Below are positions 1 through 13,336 of a DNA stretch of 64,000 nucleotides, one piece after another. Under the pieces are notes generated by a model, which did not search any database, was not told the DNA's origin, and saw only the letters and a list, made by a program, of their open reading frames with translations. Source of the stretch: Gnetum montanum. Its lineage: Eukaryota > Plantae > Gnetophyta. How positions within the stretch are numbered: the stretch's first letter is position 1; each line of letters opens with the position of its first letter. The translations under genes were made by a program, and so were the position numbers. Location: contig MNCI01001419.1 of assembly GCA_015680685.1 (NCBI GenBank), positions 92,632 to 156,631 of the forward strand, in the 5' to 3' direction.

Positions 1-547
1 ATTTTTTTATCTTTTGGTCACGTTGACATGATCCTGTCGACATAGCCCCTTGTGTTGACATGACCCCATCTATGGGATCCTGTCGATGGAGTCATAAAAA
101 TTATAAGTGTAACACTTTGAAAATTTTTGCCATTTACTTCCAAATGGTGATGGAGTTTTTGTTATTTGCAGAGCCAAGAATCTTCTTGAGCCCATAGCTT
201 TCACATTTCTTATCTGATTTACCTCGTTCTTCATTTCTACAGCTATCATAGATGAACTCTACATTGTGGGGGCCACAAACCTTGGGTTTTTGATGAATTT
301 TGTTTGAAAATTTTCTAATTTCTAGAAGGTTTAAATAATAAAATAATATTAAAATAACTAATTAATGAGTGTTAAACCTTTCTAATGAGCTTTGGTAGCC
401 ATCTAATTAATAATTAAAAAATAATATTAAAATAATTAATTTACCATGATTGCAACTTAGACAAGTACAACTAATTCAAGAGACAATGTACCTAAATGTT
501 TTGAGTTACACATCAAATGCTAATCCTTGGTCTTGTTGTGATTAGAG

Positions 548-3060
548 ATGGCACCTAGACCTAAGCGTTCATAGGAAGTAGGACCATCCCAACCAAGGGC
601 CAAGCAGCCTAGAATTAAAAGAGGCCAGGAAGAGGAGTCATCCAAAGAGAAGGTAGTTGAGACTCCTACAATGGGACCTCTTTGGGAGGACCCCAAAGTG
701 GAATCTATCAATCAAAATCTAGAATTTGAAATAGAGCAATCCCACTAGGATGAGACACCTAGACCATGACCAAACCTTGAGGTCACTCTGATGGAGGCTT
801 GCTTGAGGCAAATTGGATTTAGGGAGATTTAAAAAGTGGTTCTCCCTTAACTAAACTTTGGATCTTTCCTAAACTTTTCCCTAGAAGATGTCAAGCTTAA
901 CTTTAGACTTCCTCCATGTGACCCATTCTCACTTTGAGTAGAGAATGATACATGGGAGAAACACATCTCTTTTGGAATAATATGTAGGGTGATGCCACCA
1001 TGAAGATCAAGGAAATTTCTATGTCCTACTCAATGAAGGGCATTTCTAAGGTCCCTGAGTTGCTAGAAACAAGGGCAACCTTGGCAAAAGTATAAACACA
1101 AGTAGACCTAAAGGTAAAATAGGAGTCAGTCCAACAATGCTATAGAGTTGATCGTAAGGAGTATGATGCACAATGGCATAGCATGCATATCTCAAGATGG
1201 TAGCCTATCACCTTCATCTAATGATGATGCCTAGCAAGGTAACAACCTTCTCTACTCATACATGTGTCACTCAAAGCAAGAAATTTCTTATCAACCTCCC
1301 ATAGTTAATTTATCTGAAGATAGAGAAGTGGTTCAAAGAAAATGAACATGGAAGGAAGACACTCCCCTTTCCATGTCTCATCTATGCAAGAGAACAGGAA
1401 TTGCCCACTACACCAATGTTAACATTAGACATGCTTTTTTTGCCTCTTGGATGGAAATGATAAAGGATAAAGTGCCTACCAAGGTGCTATAAGAGGAGCA
1501 ACAACCACCACTACCCAGTCATGAACAATCAACACTAGAGTTTCACACTACTATTAAGTGCATGTACAAACTCCATGAGTAACTCCTATAGAAATAACTA
1601 GTAGGACCAAGTGGTGGTGAACCCTCTATCTACAAGACAACATTAAGTAATCTCAATGAGGTGGCACTATCAATCAATTGGATGGAGGGTTTGACACTAA
1701 TGTTTTCTACTCAAAGAATGCAAGCGCCTACAAGATCGAATTCTAGAACCCAAGAGGTAATAATGTTTCTCTCTCAATAGCACCAAGAGCAGGAAATAGT
1801 TGTAGAGGTGGTTGCTGATAGAGTTGCCAATTTACTCAACATCCCTATGACATCTATACTAGATGTTGCTATACTTAGGAATGTGTAGGTGTCCGTAGGT
1901 GTAGGAACTTGAAAATTCAATGCAACCCAGCACAAGGAGTTGCTAGACCAATTAGTTGGGACTAGGCAACCAATTCTAGATATCTTTGATATCATGGAAG
2001 TTATTTTAGCAAACTAGTCAAAGCTGCTTAAGCCTTGGAGCAAGGTCCTCATTGCCAATGCCCAACTTGAGGTAGCCATAGAGTAGAATCGATGATTGGT
2101 TGCTAAAGTTGAAGAATTGAAAGCCTATGTCACTAATTCCATTATACTTAGGTAGAACATAGCATGATATGAACCTTTTTAATCGCTTCAAGAAAAACTT
2201 TAGGGTGCTAAGTATGTGAAGGAGTTGACAATCTTTAGTCAATCCTTAGTATATGCCAAGAGAAAATCAAGCTAACTAGGAGAACTATCACCTACAAAAT
2301 GTCAAGATGCAAAAGAATCAAATGGTAGAATTCATCTAATAACAATGAGAAAATCAAAATATCTCGATGGAGGAGGTGTTTGTCCTTTGCCAAAAGTCTA
2401 GAGTTGATGGACTGAATAAATATAAAAAATCTAAAATCTACCTCAAGGAGCTGCAGATCAAGAAAATGATGGAGTACATGGAGATTTCCAACCTCTATTA
2501 CTTAAATCTAGCAATGCTAATCATCAAAATGCTAAGGTTAATATTGAAAAAACAAGTGACGAGCTTGTACATTTTGTACAAGGTAGAGTATAAGTACCAT
2601 TGGAAACAGCCAATGTTGAACTCAAGGTTCTCAAGGTGAAGTTCACTCATGAAAGATTAACAATAGAGAACCTAAACAAAAGCATGAATGACTACCAGGA
2701 GCTACAATATGCAATCAGAGTATTTGACATTGAGCACAAACAATTTGCTACCTAGTTTATAAAATGTCAAGGAGTTGTTTCCTACAATGCCCTATCCTTG
2801 GGATGTTTCCATACCAGTCCACATTGGTGATTCTATGTGGACCATGTAGGATCCTAGGAGTAAGGAGGAGAAGATGAAAGCATTTCTGGATGCTTTTCAT
2901 ATTCTACCAGAAGTTGCAATTATAATCAGACAACCACAACCACAACTTAACCATAATAACCACATGCACTAGAGGTAGGAGAAGGTTCTTTAGATTCTTA
3001 GGAACCTCCACCACCTAGGACCATTAGATTTTCTTCTCATCTTCAAAGCTACCAAAGGAG
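548..3060 (+). pseudogene. Degenerate Athila-type extra (env-like) ORF of element B
   Basis: Starts MAPRPKRS, contains an EHGR..LPFPCLI motif at about 1343-1382, has a C-terminal coiled-coil-like part homologous to A 24645-25130, and carries many stops and frameshifts. End approximate. Confidence 0.65.
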
Positions 3061-3280
3061 TTGTTCTACCAATTTTTGTCATGGTGTTCAATTTTATTGT
3101 CATGAACATGAAATTTTGTAATGATTGTAAATCCATACACTTGGGTATTTAGTGTTTTTTTGTGTCAATTTATGTCTTAGTTAGTTAATTAATAATCTCA
3201 TACCTTCCTAAAAATTTGTAAAGAAACTTATTTCTCCTTTGGTTCACTTGAGGAAAAGTTTTCATTTAGTCATGGGGGTA

Positions 3281-4147
3281 ATATGAAGTGTGTTTTTGAG
3301 GGTGTGTCGACAGGATGCTATTGACATAATCCTATCAATACAATCCCATTAATGTGGTCATGTTGACACATGGTTTTATGCGTTGATGTGATCCCATTGA
3401 TGCAATGTCTTATTTTGCTTATAAATACATGCTCACCAGCCACATATATGACATCCATTGTTTAGTATCCTAGAAAATCTCTTGCATTTTATTTGTTTGA
3501 AAGTTAGAATATTTTCTATGTACTTATACTAGGAGTGAGAAGTATACAGATCTTTTATCATGCACTGGCATACCTAAGCACCTCAGTGTGAATAGAAATA
3601 AAGATGAGCTTTCTTCATAAACCTTGCAGCACTTAGTTTAATGTTTAATTAATGGATTTATTATTTGTGAAATTTCATTTAATTCATTTGATTAATTGAT
3701 TAATTAGTGATTAATTCATACACATAAGTACAACCATTTTGAGCATACATTAATATTTGGTAATCTTAGTAGCACTTAACACTTGGTAACCTAGTAACAT
3801 TGCAATGTGATTCAAGATGTGTATGGTAAATGGGAATGGATGCTTATGATAGGACCAATTAAGATATTAGCTATTATTAGATTAATTAAACATTTAATTA
3901 CATTATTTATAGCACTTAGATGATTTAAATAATAAATATAAAATGATAAAAATCATATGCCTTAGTTACACTTAACCCTATCTTTGCACCTCACAAGTGA
4001 AACTAAGAAGAAAATGATCATGTTCATTAGATTCACTACGTAGACTTAGTGTACTTAGAGAGCTAAAGTCTATGGAATTCGATTGGATTGCTTAGTAAAC
4101 ACTGGCGATTTTTATGATTAGATGTAGGAACTACTCGATGCTTGTCA
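3281..4147 (+). repeat. 3' LTR of element B
   Basis: Homologous along its length to 27267-28111. Follows the PPT, has a TATA (TATAAATA about 3420), ends CTTGTCA and is followed by ATTTG (TSD partner of 27262-27266). Confidence 0.88.
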
Positions 4148-6359
4148 ATTTGGCACTCAAAGCGAAGAAGAAATTAGGTGCATTCAAAAATAGAAGTAAA
4201 CAAACTTTTAAAAGGAAGGAGAAAGGATCTATATATAATAAAGGATCCAAGTCTAAATCTAAAGACAAGAAGGACAAACAAGATAAGAAGATTGAAGTAG
4301 GTGATGAGAAGGATAAAACCAATAAGGACCTAAGTAAGGGAGATAAGGGTTAAGATAGCAACTCATCTAAAGTTTAGTGCTTCAAGTGTGGAGAATGGAG
4401 ACATAAGTAATGAAAACATCTACTTTACAAGGTAGCTAAGGGCAAAGATATGCAAACCATGGAGGTTGAGGAGACATTCAGCCAAGCTCTTCAGAGAGGT
4501 AATGCTAATGCTTCAAAGATTGAAAATATTTCTAAATTAAATTCTTGTACATTCTTGGGGAATGTAAATAGAGGATATCATCTTGATAGGAAATGGTTGT
4601 TTTAGATTGGAGCTAGCTATTTGCTTAGTAGGTGATGGATTCATGTTTTGATTGATGGGAGAGCCTAAGAAAATGTGATTTCTTCTAGGATAGTTGCTAG
4701 ATTAGGATTGGTAACTAATCCTTATTTGACATCATATAAGGTGCATTGGTTGTCTAAACATTTGTCCCAAGAGGTAAGGGAGTAATGTACTTTGAATTTT
4801 AAAATTGGATTTTTTCATGATGTTGTGAAGTGTGATGTGCTTCCAATAGATTATGCTAATGTAATTCTTGGTAGAACTTGGAATTTTGACAATGGTGCTT
4901 AGTTTGATGAAGCAAGAAATGTGTGGAGTGTTGGTAGACCTAATGGAATCCATAATTTGATTCCTATCACAACTAAATAAGTGAGACAACAAAAATTAGT
5001 TAATGATTTCTTAATCCTTCAAGGAGAGAGGGAATATATTAATCAACATGATGAAACTAGTTTTGGTTTCATAGTTATGACAACATTTGCTACTGACCAT
5101 GATGATATGTAGGTTAAACTTCTTAAAAGTGTGCTAGACTTGAAGGAGAAATTTCCAAAGGTGTTCAAGAAGGAAGATGAAAGGTTTGGTGAAGTGGAGA
5201 TCAATGAGAAAAGGATTTCTTAGGAATCTCTTATTGAGTAAGGGAGTGCTCAATACTCAAAAGTTTCAAAATAAGGAACCAAGAGCTTCATCAAAGAGAC
5301 CAAGAAATCTTCATAGTCGAAGATGGTGTACATGGCTGATCAAGAAGAGTTCTTAAGTCCTAAGTTACGGTAGGTGAAAGATCAAGGCCAAAGGAGTGTC
5401 AAGGATCAAGGGACTTCTTCAATAAGGATAAAGAACATCACTAGAAGTTATGATACTCATTCCCTTTGTAATTTTTCTATACCTTGCAACAAGGGAAAGA
5501 AGATTCTTTGCCAAGTTGAGGCTATCTCATGGAAGATAGGGAAGTCTTCTAGCCAAGGTATGTGGAAGAATGATTGTTTGGGTGATAAATCTGATGTTCA
5601 AGACATGAAGAAGAATTTTTCTTTTGAGCTGGTACCTCCAAGATGGATTGTAGAAGCTAATGATGATTCGTTTGAAGAGAAGAAACCATTGAAGTTGGAG
5701 ACCTCTATGAGGAATCTTGAAGCTTTAAGATATGATGCGAGTAAACAACCAACCACATGTTAAAGATCAAGTTGAACCAAAGATGGATAAGAGAACCCAT
5801 GATTAGGTAAGTTAGTCTAAGCTTTACCTTGTTGATGGTAATAATGTCTCTTATGTGGAAGCTAGTGTGTTGGATTCTAGTATTTCACTTCAGCTTGGTA
5901 GTTGTTTGTTTCATTGTCATGATGAGCATCATGATCATTGTGATAATTGTGATGATATTTTGAGTTATGTTGTGCATGATGGAAGCAATGTAACTTTGGA
6001 TGCCATTGTTGGTAAGAGCAAGACTAATAATGATAATTTTCCTAATGATTATGACTATGATAGTAGTTATTATGAGAAGATCATTATTGGTGTTGATGTG
6101 ATCATTAATACTAATGAAATTAATTATCTTAGTTGTGAAATGGATGAATAGTGTGAAGGTAATCTACATTATGATTTTGATGATGGAGGAAGGATTAGTA
6201 AGAGACTTTCTAACATAAAGAAGAAGAAGGTTGAGTTTTTGTATGATAAGGCTTTTCATGTTACAACTGGAAAAAGTTCATTTGAGATGAACTATGGGTT
6301 TTTTCCAAAGATGGTGGACACTTTTAAGAGCTTTCATTGTGAAGCTCAACTTAGTTTTG

Positions 6360-6916
6360 AATTTTGGTAAGAGATGCGGGATCTCCATGCACAAGTAAAA
6401 TTAAATCTTGAGAATAAGGCTAAAGAGATAGTCCTCAAGAGGACTAAGGATAAGCAGAAACCTAATTTTGCTATTGGTGACTTGGTTTGAATGTAATTAA
6501 GGAAAAAGCGGTTGAGAGGTATTAACTTCTTCAATTTGAAAGCAACGAAGATGGGGCCTTTCAAAACTAAGGATATAATTAATGATAATTTTTTTGAGAT
6601 TGATTTACCAAATGATGTTGGTATGTCTTTTGTATTTAATGTTTTAAATATTTTGCACTATCTTGGACCAGTTGATGATGAGACCATACAAGGTAACATT
6701 GATAAGTTGAAGGGGACTATTGATCAGTCCAAGCCTTTGGAGGAGAGGAAGACAATTGTACTCAAGTGGAGGAAAGCTTCTAGCACTTGGGGAGTCAAGA
6801 GGCATGAATACTTGATTCATTGGAAGGATCAATCCATTGATGATGCTGTATGGATCCATGAGACCAAACTTGTTAAGTGGGGGATCACATCTATCCCTAC
6901 TCTCTTATTCACATGA
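6360..6916 (+). pseudogene. Integrase C-terminal GPF region plus chromodomain of element H
   Basis: FAIGDLV...KMGPFKTKDIINDNFFEIDLP...VFNV...EYLIHWKDQSIDDAVWIHE. Confidence 0.8.
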
Positions 6917-6942
6917 ATTCACTTTTTGAAGGATGGGAGAGC

Positions 6943-7999
6943 TGGTGTAGGAACACCTCTTTCAATTTTCTTGTGTTTGTCCTACAAGTTATTTTTGTAG
7001 GTTTTTGCACTTGTATGAGACTTGGACAAGTGTTTCCTATTTTTGTGTCTTCTTATGTTGATTTTTTATGATGAAGATTCTTAGATGTTTTGTCATGTTT
7101 GGAGATGTTTTGGCTTATTTTGAGAAGTTTAGGGGATTCTAGGGCCTATGGGAGCTTGTTTAGAGGCATTTGAAGGTTTCAGGAATTAAAACAAGAATTT
7201 TTATTTTTGGCACCTACAAGATAGATGTCTAAGTAGAAAGATAGATGTCTCCCATTAGATGTCTAATTATGAGTATAGATGTCTATGGACCAAAGTAGAT
7301 GTCTACAAAAAATAGTAGACATATCACCCAAAAGTAGGTCTTTCATAGTAGACATATAAGTAAAATTAGAGATGTCTAAGATGGCAAGGGAATGATCTCT
7401 AACATTGCATTTCAATTGGAAAACATTTGAAAGACTCTAGATCCTTTTGAAAGATATTTAGAAAGGCAAATAGAAAGCTTCCTAGGGTTTGGGATCTCTA
7501 TAATTATGTACTTATCTATCCATGAGAAAGAAGAAAAGCTTGTATGTAAGGAGAAAGTGCTTGTATGCTCAAGGAGGGAGAGAGAACGCTGTTGAGAGTG
7601 GAGAGTTGGGCAAGAGAGAGTGGGTTAGTATGTTAGATGAGTATAATTGGTGATTGCAACTCCAAGATCAACTTGTGATGTGTTGATCTATGTGTTCAAT
7701 TCTCTTGTATCTCACTTGTGAGTTGAGCTCTTTGTTCTAGGCTAGGAAAGAGATTTCTATTAGTTGTGTCTTGCATTGAGAATAACAATTGTATGGTTGT
7801 AGAGGCTCATGCTCTGCAATATCGGTTGTGTGTGAGAGATTTTGAATGCTTTTGGATTTTGTGAACCCTATTATAATCTTCCAATAAATTAATTGAAGAT
7901 AGCTAGTTTTCTTGATTTCTATAATATAATTTTATCTTTGCATAATATCTGTATTTAGTGCATTAAATATGATTTAATTATTAGAGTGAACCTACTCCA
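6943..7999 (+). repeat. 3' LTR of element H (TGGTGTAGG...CTACTCCA)
   Basis: Homologous to 12385-13336. TG..CA ends with an imperfect terminal inverted repeat, preceded by the PPT and followed by CTTTT. Confidence 0.82.
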
Positions 8000-8400
8000 C
8001 TTTTCTTCTTAATGAGTTAAATGTGAAGTTGCAAACACCTTACTCAATGTTATTATGTAAATTTGATTTATTATTTTTAGAAGTAAAATGCTTATGCCAA
8101 TTTATTATATACACTTATAGCTTACACATCTCAAGGTAAGCCAAATTCTCTAAAGTAGTTCTTAAGGATTCATATGACCATAGTTGGTATTTTCAAGGGA
8201 TTCAATGGTTGAGAAAATGACATATCTATTGGAAGGATGTATAGCAAAATCCTAAGCATATTCACTAACTAGTCAAGAAAAAGGTTTAACACAAATGTAG
8301 ACAATTGTAAAAGGCAAGAGATAATTCTCATTAAGGATCTTATAATACCAATTACACCTCATAGTTATGAAATAACATCATTTAAAAATACAATAGTGAT
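8000..8400 (+). mobile_element. Old non-LTR retrotransposon fragment, part downstream of the H insertion site
   Basis: FLLNELNVKLQTPYSMLLCKFDLLFLEV continues, in frame, the post-RT region ending at 12384 (LYGCVVWG...IERV*KVF). End approximate. Confidence 0.6.
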
Positions 8401-9606
8401 AAACAACCCTAAGCATTTTTTCATTCTCAAATAAGTCCTCATATGGATCTTTCTTCTTGCTCTAATGCTTTTAGTTCTCCTTTTATGGTTTTAATATTCT
8501 CCTATTTAATATACAATAAAAATATAATTGAGAAAGAGATCTAAGGAAAATAAATCTACCATGTTAATAAATTAAATTAATTCTCCTTGTAATAACACGA
8601 GGTGAATTAATATTCTATCAACTACAAATTACAAGCATTAACCATAGTTATAGTATCTGCATCTTGTATTTTTTGGTTACCCAAGTGAAAGTAGGAAAAA
8701 TCATTATTCTTAACTTGTATCACTTGAGAATATTTTGTTTACCTAATTTCAAGAGTAGAAATTAAATAAAGAAAGAAAAATAGATAAAATAAGGAATAAA
8801 ATAAAGGTTAAGAAGCTTCCTATTCTTTATTTATCTCTAGGGCCAATGAATGTAGTTGTAGTTCTCCCATTAAGAAAATATGGCAAGATGACAATTTTCT
8901 AGATGGTAAAGCTTGATCTTGCTACTTAACTTCTTTCAAGGAAATTAACTTCAATAGTTTGGTAACTTAGAAAAACTAAATATCATACCCAATATAATTC
9001 AGGGTCTTCAAAGAAGGATGTTTATGGGTTTAATTCTACTTAGGCAATGTTGAGTTATAAAGGTCTAATTTGATTACATGTCTTGGAATGTACCTATATT
9101 TTAATTATTTTAGATTCCAATATGCAAATAAACAAAAATAAAAATAAAAAATATAGGTATTTTCTTAGGATAAGGCTAGCATAATGAGGATGATTTTTAT
9201 TATTTACCGAGTAAAGCATTTTTCAACCCAACGCCTATCCTAATTTATAGATATTACTTTCGTTGAATAATGGTGTGCATAGAACATTTAAATAGTTATT
9301 TAGAGACACAATTACCACCATAAATCTAGAGCTTATATAATTTACCATAGCAAAATTAAAGAGGATAACCATCAAGGTATGGATGGATAGGTGATCTCTA
9401 ATAACTACCTAAAACTAAAGCTAATGGCTGAGAACACAGAATAGGAAATCACTTTAAATTGCCGGAGTCGATGTCTAGCCAAGCCAGGGAACTCAGCCAC
9501 CAGGCAGTGCAATAAAAGATGGTTGGAGTTGAAATCAGAACAAACAAGTAAAAAAGAAGAAATAAAAGCAGTGCAGCAAACATCAAGAAAAAGCAGTGCA
9601 GCAACC

Positions 9607-9975
9607 ATTGCCTCGATAATGATGCTGATATTCTTCGTGATAGCAGTAGCAGCGGTGCAGGTGAGGGTGCAGGGGCAGGTGCTGCTGCAGGCATTTAACT
9701 GGGCATGGCCACGAGTGGGTCATGTCCTTGGTACAATGTCATTGCCAAACTAGCCGACGACGCGGCCGCAGCAGGTGTAATGGACGTGTGGTTCCCACCA
9801 CCATCGTAGAGCGTGGCAGCGTAGGGGTATCTTCTGGGCCAACTCTACAACCTCGACGCCTCCAAGTACAGCACCGTCAGTCATGTGCGCTCCACCATCT
9901 CGACACTGAAAAACAAAATAATACGAGCGGGGGGTGTCGGACATCTTCATCAATCATAGGACAGGATCGAAGCCA
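9607..9975 (+). pseudogene. AMY: Secreted plant alpha-amylase (GH13) pseudogene, N-terminal part only, intronless
   Basis: Signal peptide (ASIMMLIFFVIAVAAVQVRVQG), QVLLQAFNW, frameshift, then WYNVIAKLADDAAAAGVMDVWFPPPS*SVAA*GYLLGQLYNLDASKY, frameshift, then SDIFINHRTG (GH13 region I DxVxNH). Two TAG stops sit at expected Gln positions; the likely start codon has mutated (GCAACC-ATT-GCC). Confidence 0.9.
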
Positions 9976-11622
9976 CATCATTCATTGCTCGGATTGCACT
10001 ATCTATGTAGTGGCAGGATTATAGTTATGGTTTAAACTTAGATTCAATAAATGATATTTTAACTATGAAAAGGATTACTTGTAAAACTATGAATATTTGG
10101 AATAAACATTCCATGTTCAATTCTTTCTTGCTCAGCTTTATTACAATGAACATTTATAATATACCTTAATCATAAACACTTTTTCAAAATCATGAACTCA
10201 TGTGGGACAAATACTATGTGCAAGTTGCCCATACTCTACCACGCTTTCGTCGCCCATACTCCACTACGAACTCCTGCTTACTTTGTTCAGAAGAATGAAG
10301 ATGTTTGTTCCTCGATAGTGATTTTGCTCAAACGATTGAAGGTGTTTGTTCCTAGTTACTACCACATCACCCAAATTTTTCTATACTTGGCCCTAGTTTT
10401 ACACAAGCTTTGTGCTAACTGCCTAAAACATATGTATATTTTCTCTATTTATTTTCTAGAGTTTCAAATTTAGATTTTTATGTTCCTGTTAGAATGATGT
10501 AGTGGTTGCAATTTCATAGGTAGTAGCCCTAATTTTGAAGTCAAATTTTATTTGATTGACCTAATTTCTAGCCTTCACCTTGTCAATTTTCTAGGCATCA
10601 GATAACTAAATTTTCCATTGTATATGACGATGAGATACTAGTTGCCCCTCTCATAAAATAGAAAATTTTGTTAAAGAAATTTTGAAGCAAAGGGGTCTCA
10701 ATGTAAGTAAATCTTTAGGTTTTAGTTTCAAAAATACATTTACCATTTCTTTGTAAGTAGGGATTTTTCTAAGAATGAATTTTTTAAAAATACATAATTG
10801 TTAAATATATTTGGTGGCATGTTGAATAATGAAACTATTAAATAATGTCTTTGCACTTGTGGCAGAATTTATCATATCCTTTTGTTTGTTTAACTCTATC
10901 TAGAATGAAGAAATGGTTATGATTTCTACGTTGAAACATTGTTCAAGTATAGGTTCCCACGAAACAAAACTTATTAAGTGGCAACATAATGTCTAATAAT
11001 TTAGACATTATTAAAGACTAAAATTGAACAAATTTTTAAATATGACATTATTAATAAAATAGGTCAATAACTATTAGAATGGACAAATTTTTTATCTTCT
11101 CATTTGCAATGGCCTTGCTAGATTTCTTCAATCTTGATCATTTACTTTTAGAGGAATTTAGGATAACTCTTGCATTGATTTTCTTTTATGTTCTTATGAA
11201 GACATTGAATTTATTAAAGAGTTGAAAATTAGGAATGATTTAGTAGAGTCTTGCCATCATCATCTAGAGCTTTTGTTGTAAATTTAATTTTTTCTCAAAC
11301 AACAAAAAATAAAATGGATCATCACCTATATGCTCAATGCACATCTCACAAAGGCAGGGTCCTAGGAGTGTCAATAGATGAGCAAACATTTAACATCTTT
11401 CAAGTTTCTACACCCAAACTCAAACTGAGATCATATGACTTGAGAAACAACCACCTTACCATCACTTCAAGTGGTGGTTCCTTCAAAATATAAAAAATAG
11501 AAATAGAAAAACAAATTTATACAAAGTTATCCTAGAGGTGGGGTGTATTACAACTCAAAGTAAGTGAAACATAGGAACACCCCAAGATATAGAGCCCAAT
11601 TAGAACTTTATATAACTTAGAA

Positions 11623-11691
11623 TTAGCCACAAGAATTGAACTCATGACCTCAAGCTTTTAAATCAAGTGTCTTACCAAATCAAGTCATTCC
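11623..11691 (-). mobile_element. Degenerate tRNA-derived SINE head or tRNA pseudogene
   Basis: The minus strand reads GGAATGACTTGATTTGGTAAGACACTTG...GAGGTCATGAGTTCAATTCTTG, with A-box-like and B-box-like motifs at tRNA spacing. Confidence 0.5.
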
Positions 11692-11779
11692 AAAAGTCAA
11701 AAATATAATGGATGTAACACATAAAAAAATGGATTCCTGAAAGATAGCATAAGGAGTTGATAAATTTTACTTATAGCTA

Positions 11780-12384
11780 CTAAGCAAGTTGTACGTACAA
11801 ACAAGAAGGTGTTAGAAGACATGGTTTGATGAAAACCGCTTTTAGGCTAGATTAAATATAAAGAATGCAAAATAAGAATAACAGATAAAGTTTAGTTAAG
11901 GCATATAACTGCTTGATTAGAACCAAGAAGAGGAAATTTATTTAAGAGCAACAATGATATTTTACTTATACTATTAAAAAGGAACCTAGATAATTCTAAT
12001 AGTATTTTCATCATAACTTCTCTTCATAATTTAATTATTCTTTTGAAGATATTTGCTTGTTTTACAATAACTATTTATAATAGGTATAACTTCCACTTTG
12101 TAGGTACCAATATTCAAATAATAAATTCATTTAAATATTTGGATCTTATTTATATGAACAATTACATGTGGGAGAAGTGCATCAAAGAAAAAATAGCAAG
12201 AGGTTTTAAGGCTCTATATGATTTCAAAAATAGGTGTAAGGATTTAGGCCTTTGGGTTTAAAAGGTTAAAAAACAAATTTTTAAAACTATCATCTATCCT
12301 ATTGTATTGTATGGATGTGTTGTTTGGGGACTTGGAGTCGGTGCTAAACTTTGAAAATATATTGAAAGAGTGTGAAAAGTTTTT
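11780..12384 (+). mobile_element. Old non-LTR retrotransposon fragment, part upstream of the H insertion; RT core deleted
   Basis: WFDE motif at about 11822, then FHFVGTNIQIINSFKYLDL...KIARGFKALY...LYGCVVWG (LINE RT thumb / post-RT signature). Confidence 0.7.
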
Positions 12385-13336
12385 TGGTGTAGGAACACCT
12401 CTTTTGATTTTCTTATGTTTTTCCTACAAGTTGTTTTTGTAGGTTTTTGAGCTTGAAGGAGACTTGAACTAGTGTGTCTTCTTATGTTGAGTTTTTATAA
12501 TGAATAATTTTGGATGTTTTGGTACATTTGTAGGTGTTTTTAGCTTATTTTGATGTGTTTATGGGGGTTTTAGAGCCTATGGAAACTTTCTTGGAGGTAT
12601 TTGAAGGTTCTAGGTATCAAAATAAGCATTTTTATTTTTGGCACCTATAGGATAGATGTCTAACTAGAAAGATTGACATCTCACCTTAGTGTCTAATTAG
12701 AAGTATAGACATATATGGACCAAAATAGATGTCTACCAAACATAGTAGACATCTTACCTGAAAGCAAGGCTTTCTTAGTAGATGTCTAAGAAAAACCAAA
12801 GACATCTAAGATGGCAAGGAAAAAAGCTCTAAAATGGCATTTTGATTGAAAAACATTTGAAAATCTTTAGATCCTTGTGAGAAACATCTACGAAGGTAAA
12901 TAGAAAGCTTTCTAGGATTTGAAATATCTATAATTATGTATGTATCCATCCATGATAAAAGAGGAGAGCTAGTATGTAAAAAAAGAGAGCTTGTATGTCA
13001 AAGGAGTGAGAGAGAATGCTCTTGAACGTAGAAAGCTGGGTAAGAAAGCATGGGTAAGCACATTGGGTGAGTGCAATTGGTAATTGCAACTTCAAGATAA
13101 ACTTGTAGTATGTTGGTCTATGTATTTAATTCTCTTGTATCTCATTTGTGAGTTGAGATCTTAATTCTGAGTTGTAAGAGATATTTATATTCGTTGTGTC
13201 TTGCATTGAGAACAACAATTGTGTGCTTGTAGAGCCTCATACTTTGCAATATCTATTGATTGTGATAGGTTTTTGATACTTGTGGGTTGTGTAAACTCTA
13301 TTGTAATATTCCAATAAATATATTGAAGATACCTAG
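12385..13336 (+). repeat. 5' LTR of element H (3' end and PBS deleted)
   Basis: Homologous to 6943-7906; starts TGGTGTAGGAACACCTC. Confidence 0.82.

Larger units (their letters stand above)
1..4147 (+). mobile_element. Athila-like Ty3/Gypsy element B, 3' half (degenerate extra ORF, PPT, 3' LTR)
   Basis: 548-3060 is collinear with the extra ORF of element A (YLKELQIKKMMEYMEISNLYYLNLAML vs CLKELQIEEMIEYMELANLCYANLVML). PPT TAGTCATGGGGG lies at about 3267-3278, and the LTR runs 3281-4147. Confidence 0.85.
4148..7999 (+). mobile_element. CRM-like chromovirus H, 3' half (gag C-terminus, protease, integrase C-terminus with chromodomain, 3' LTR); RT/RNaseH absent
   Basis: NLALKAKKK gag motif; CFKCGE.RH zinc knuckle at about 4378; protease IHVLIDG...VKCDVLPIDYANVILGRTW at about 4640-4890; GPF motif and chromodomain in 6512-6916; PPT GAAGGATGGGAGAGC just before 6943. 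Confidence 0.8.

Noticed and set aside
11250-11552. Possible minus-strand LTR starting TGTAATACACCCC
   Set aside because: Only one terminus recognisable; no partner or TSD.
11623-11691. Functional tRNA gene
   Set aside because: Boxes and stems are degenerate; better explained as a SINE head or pseudogene.
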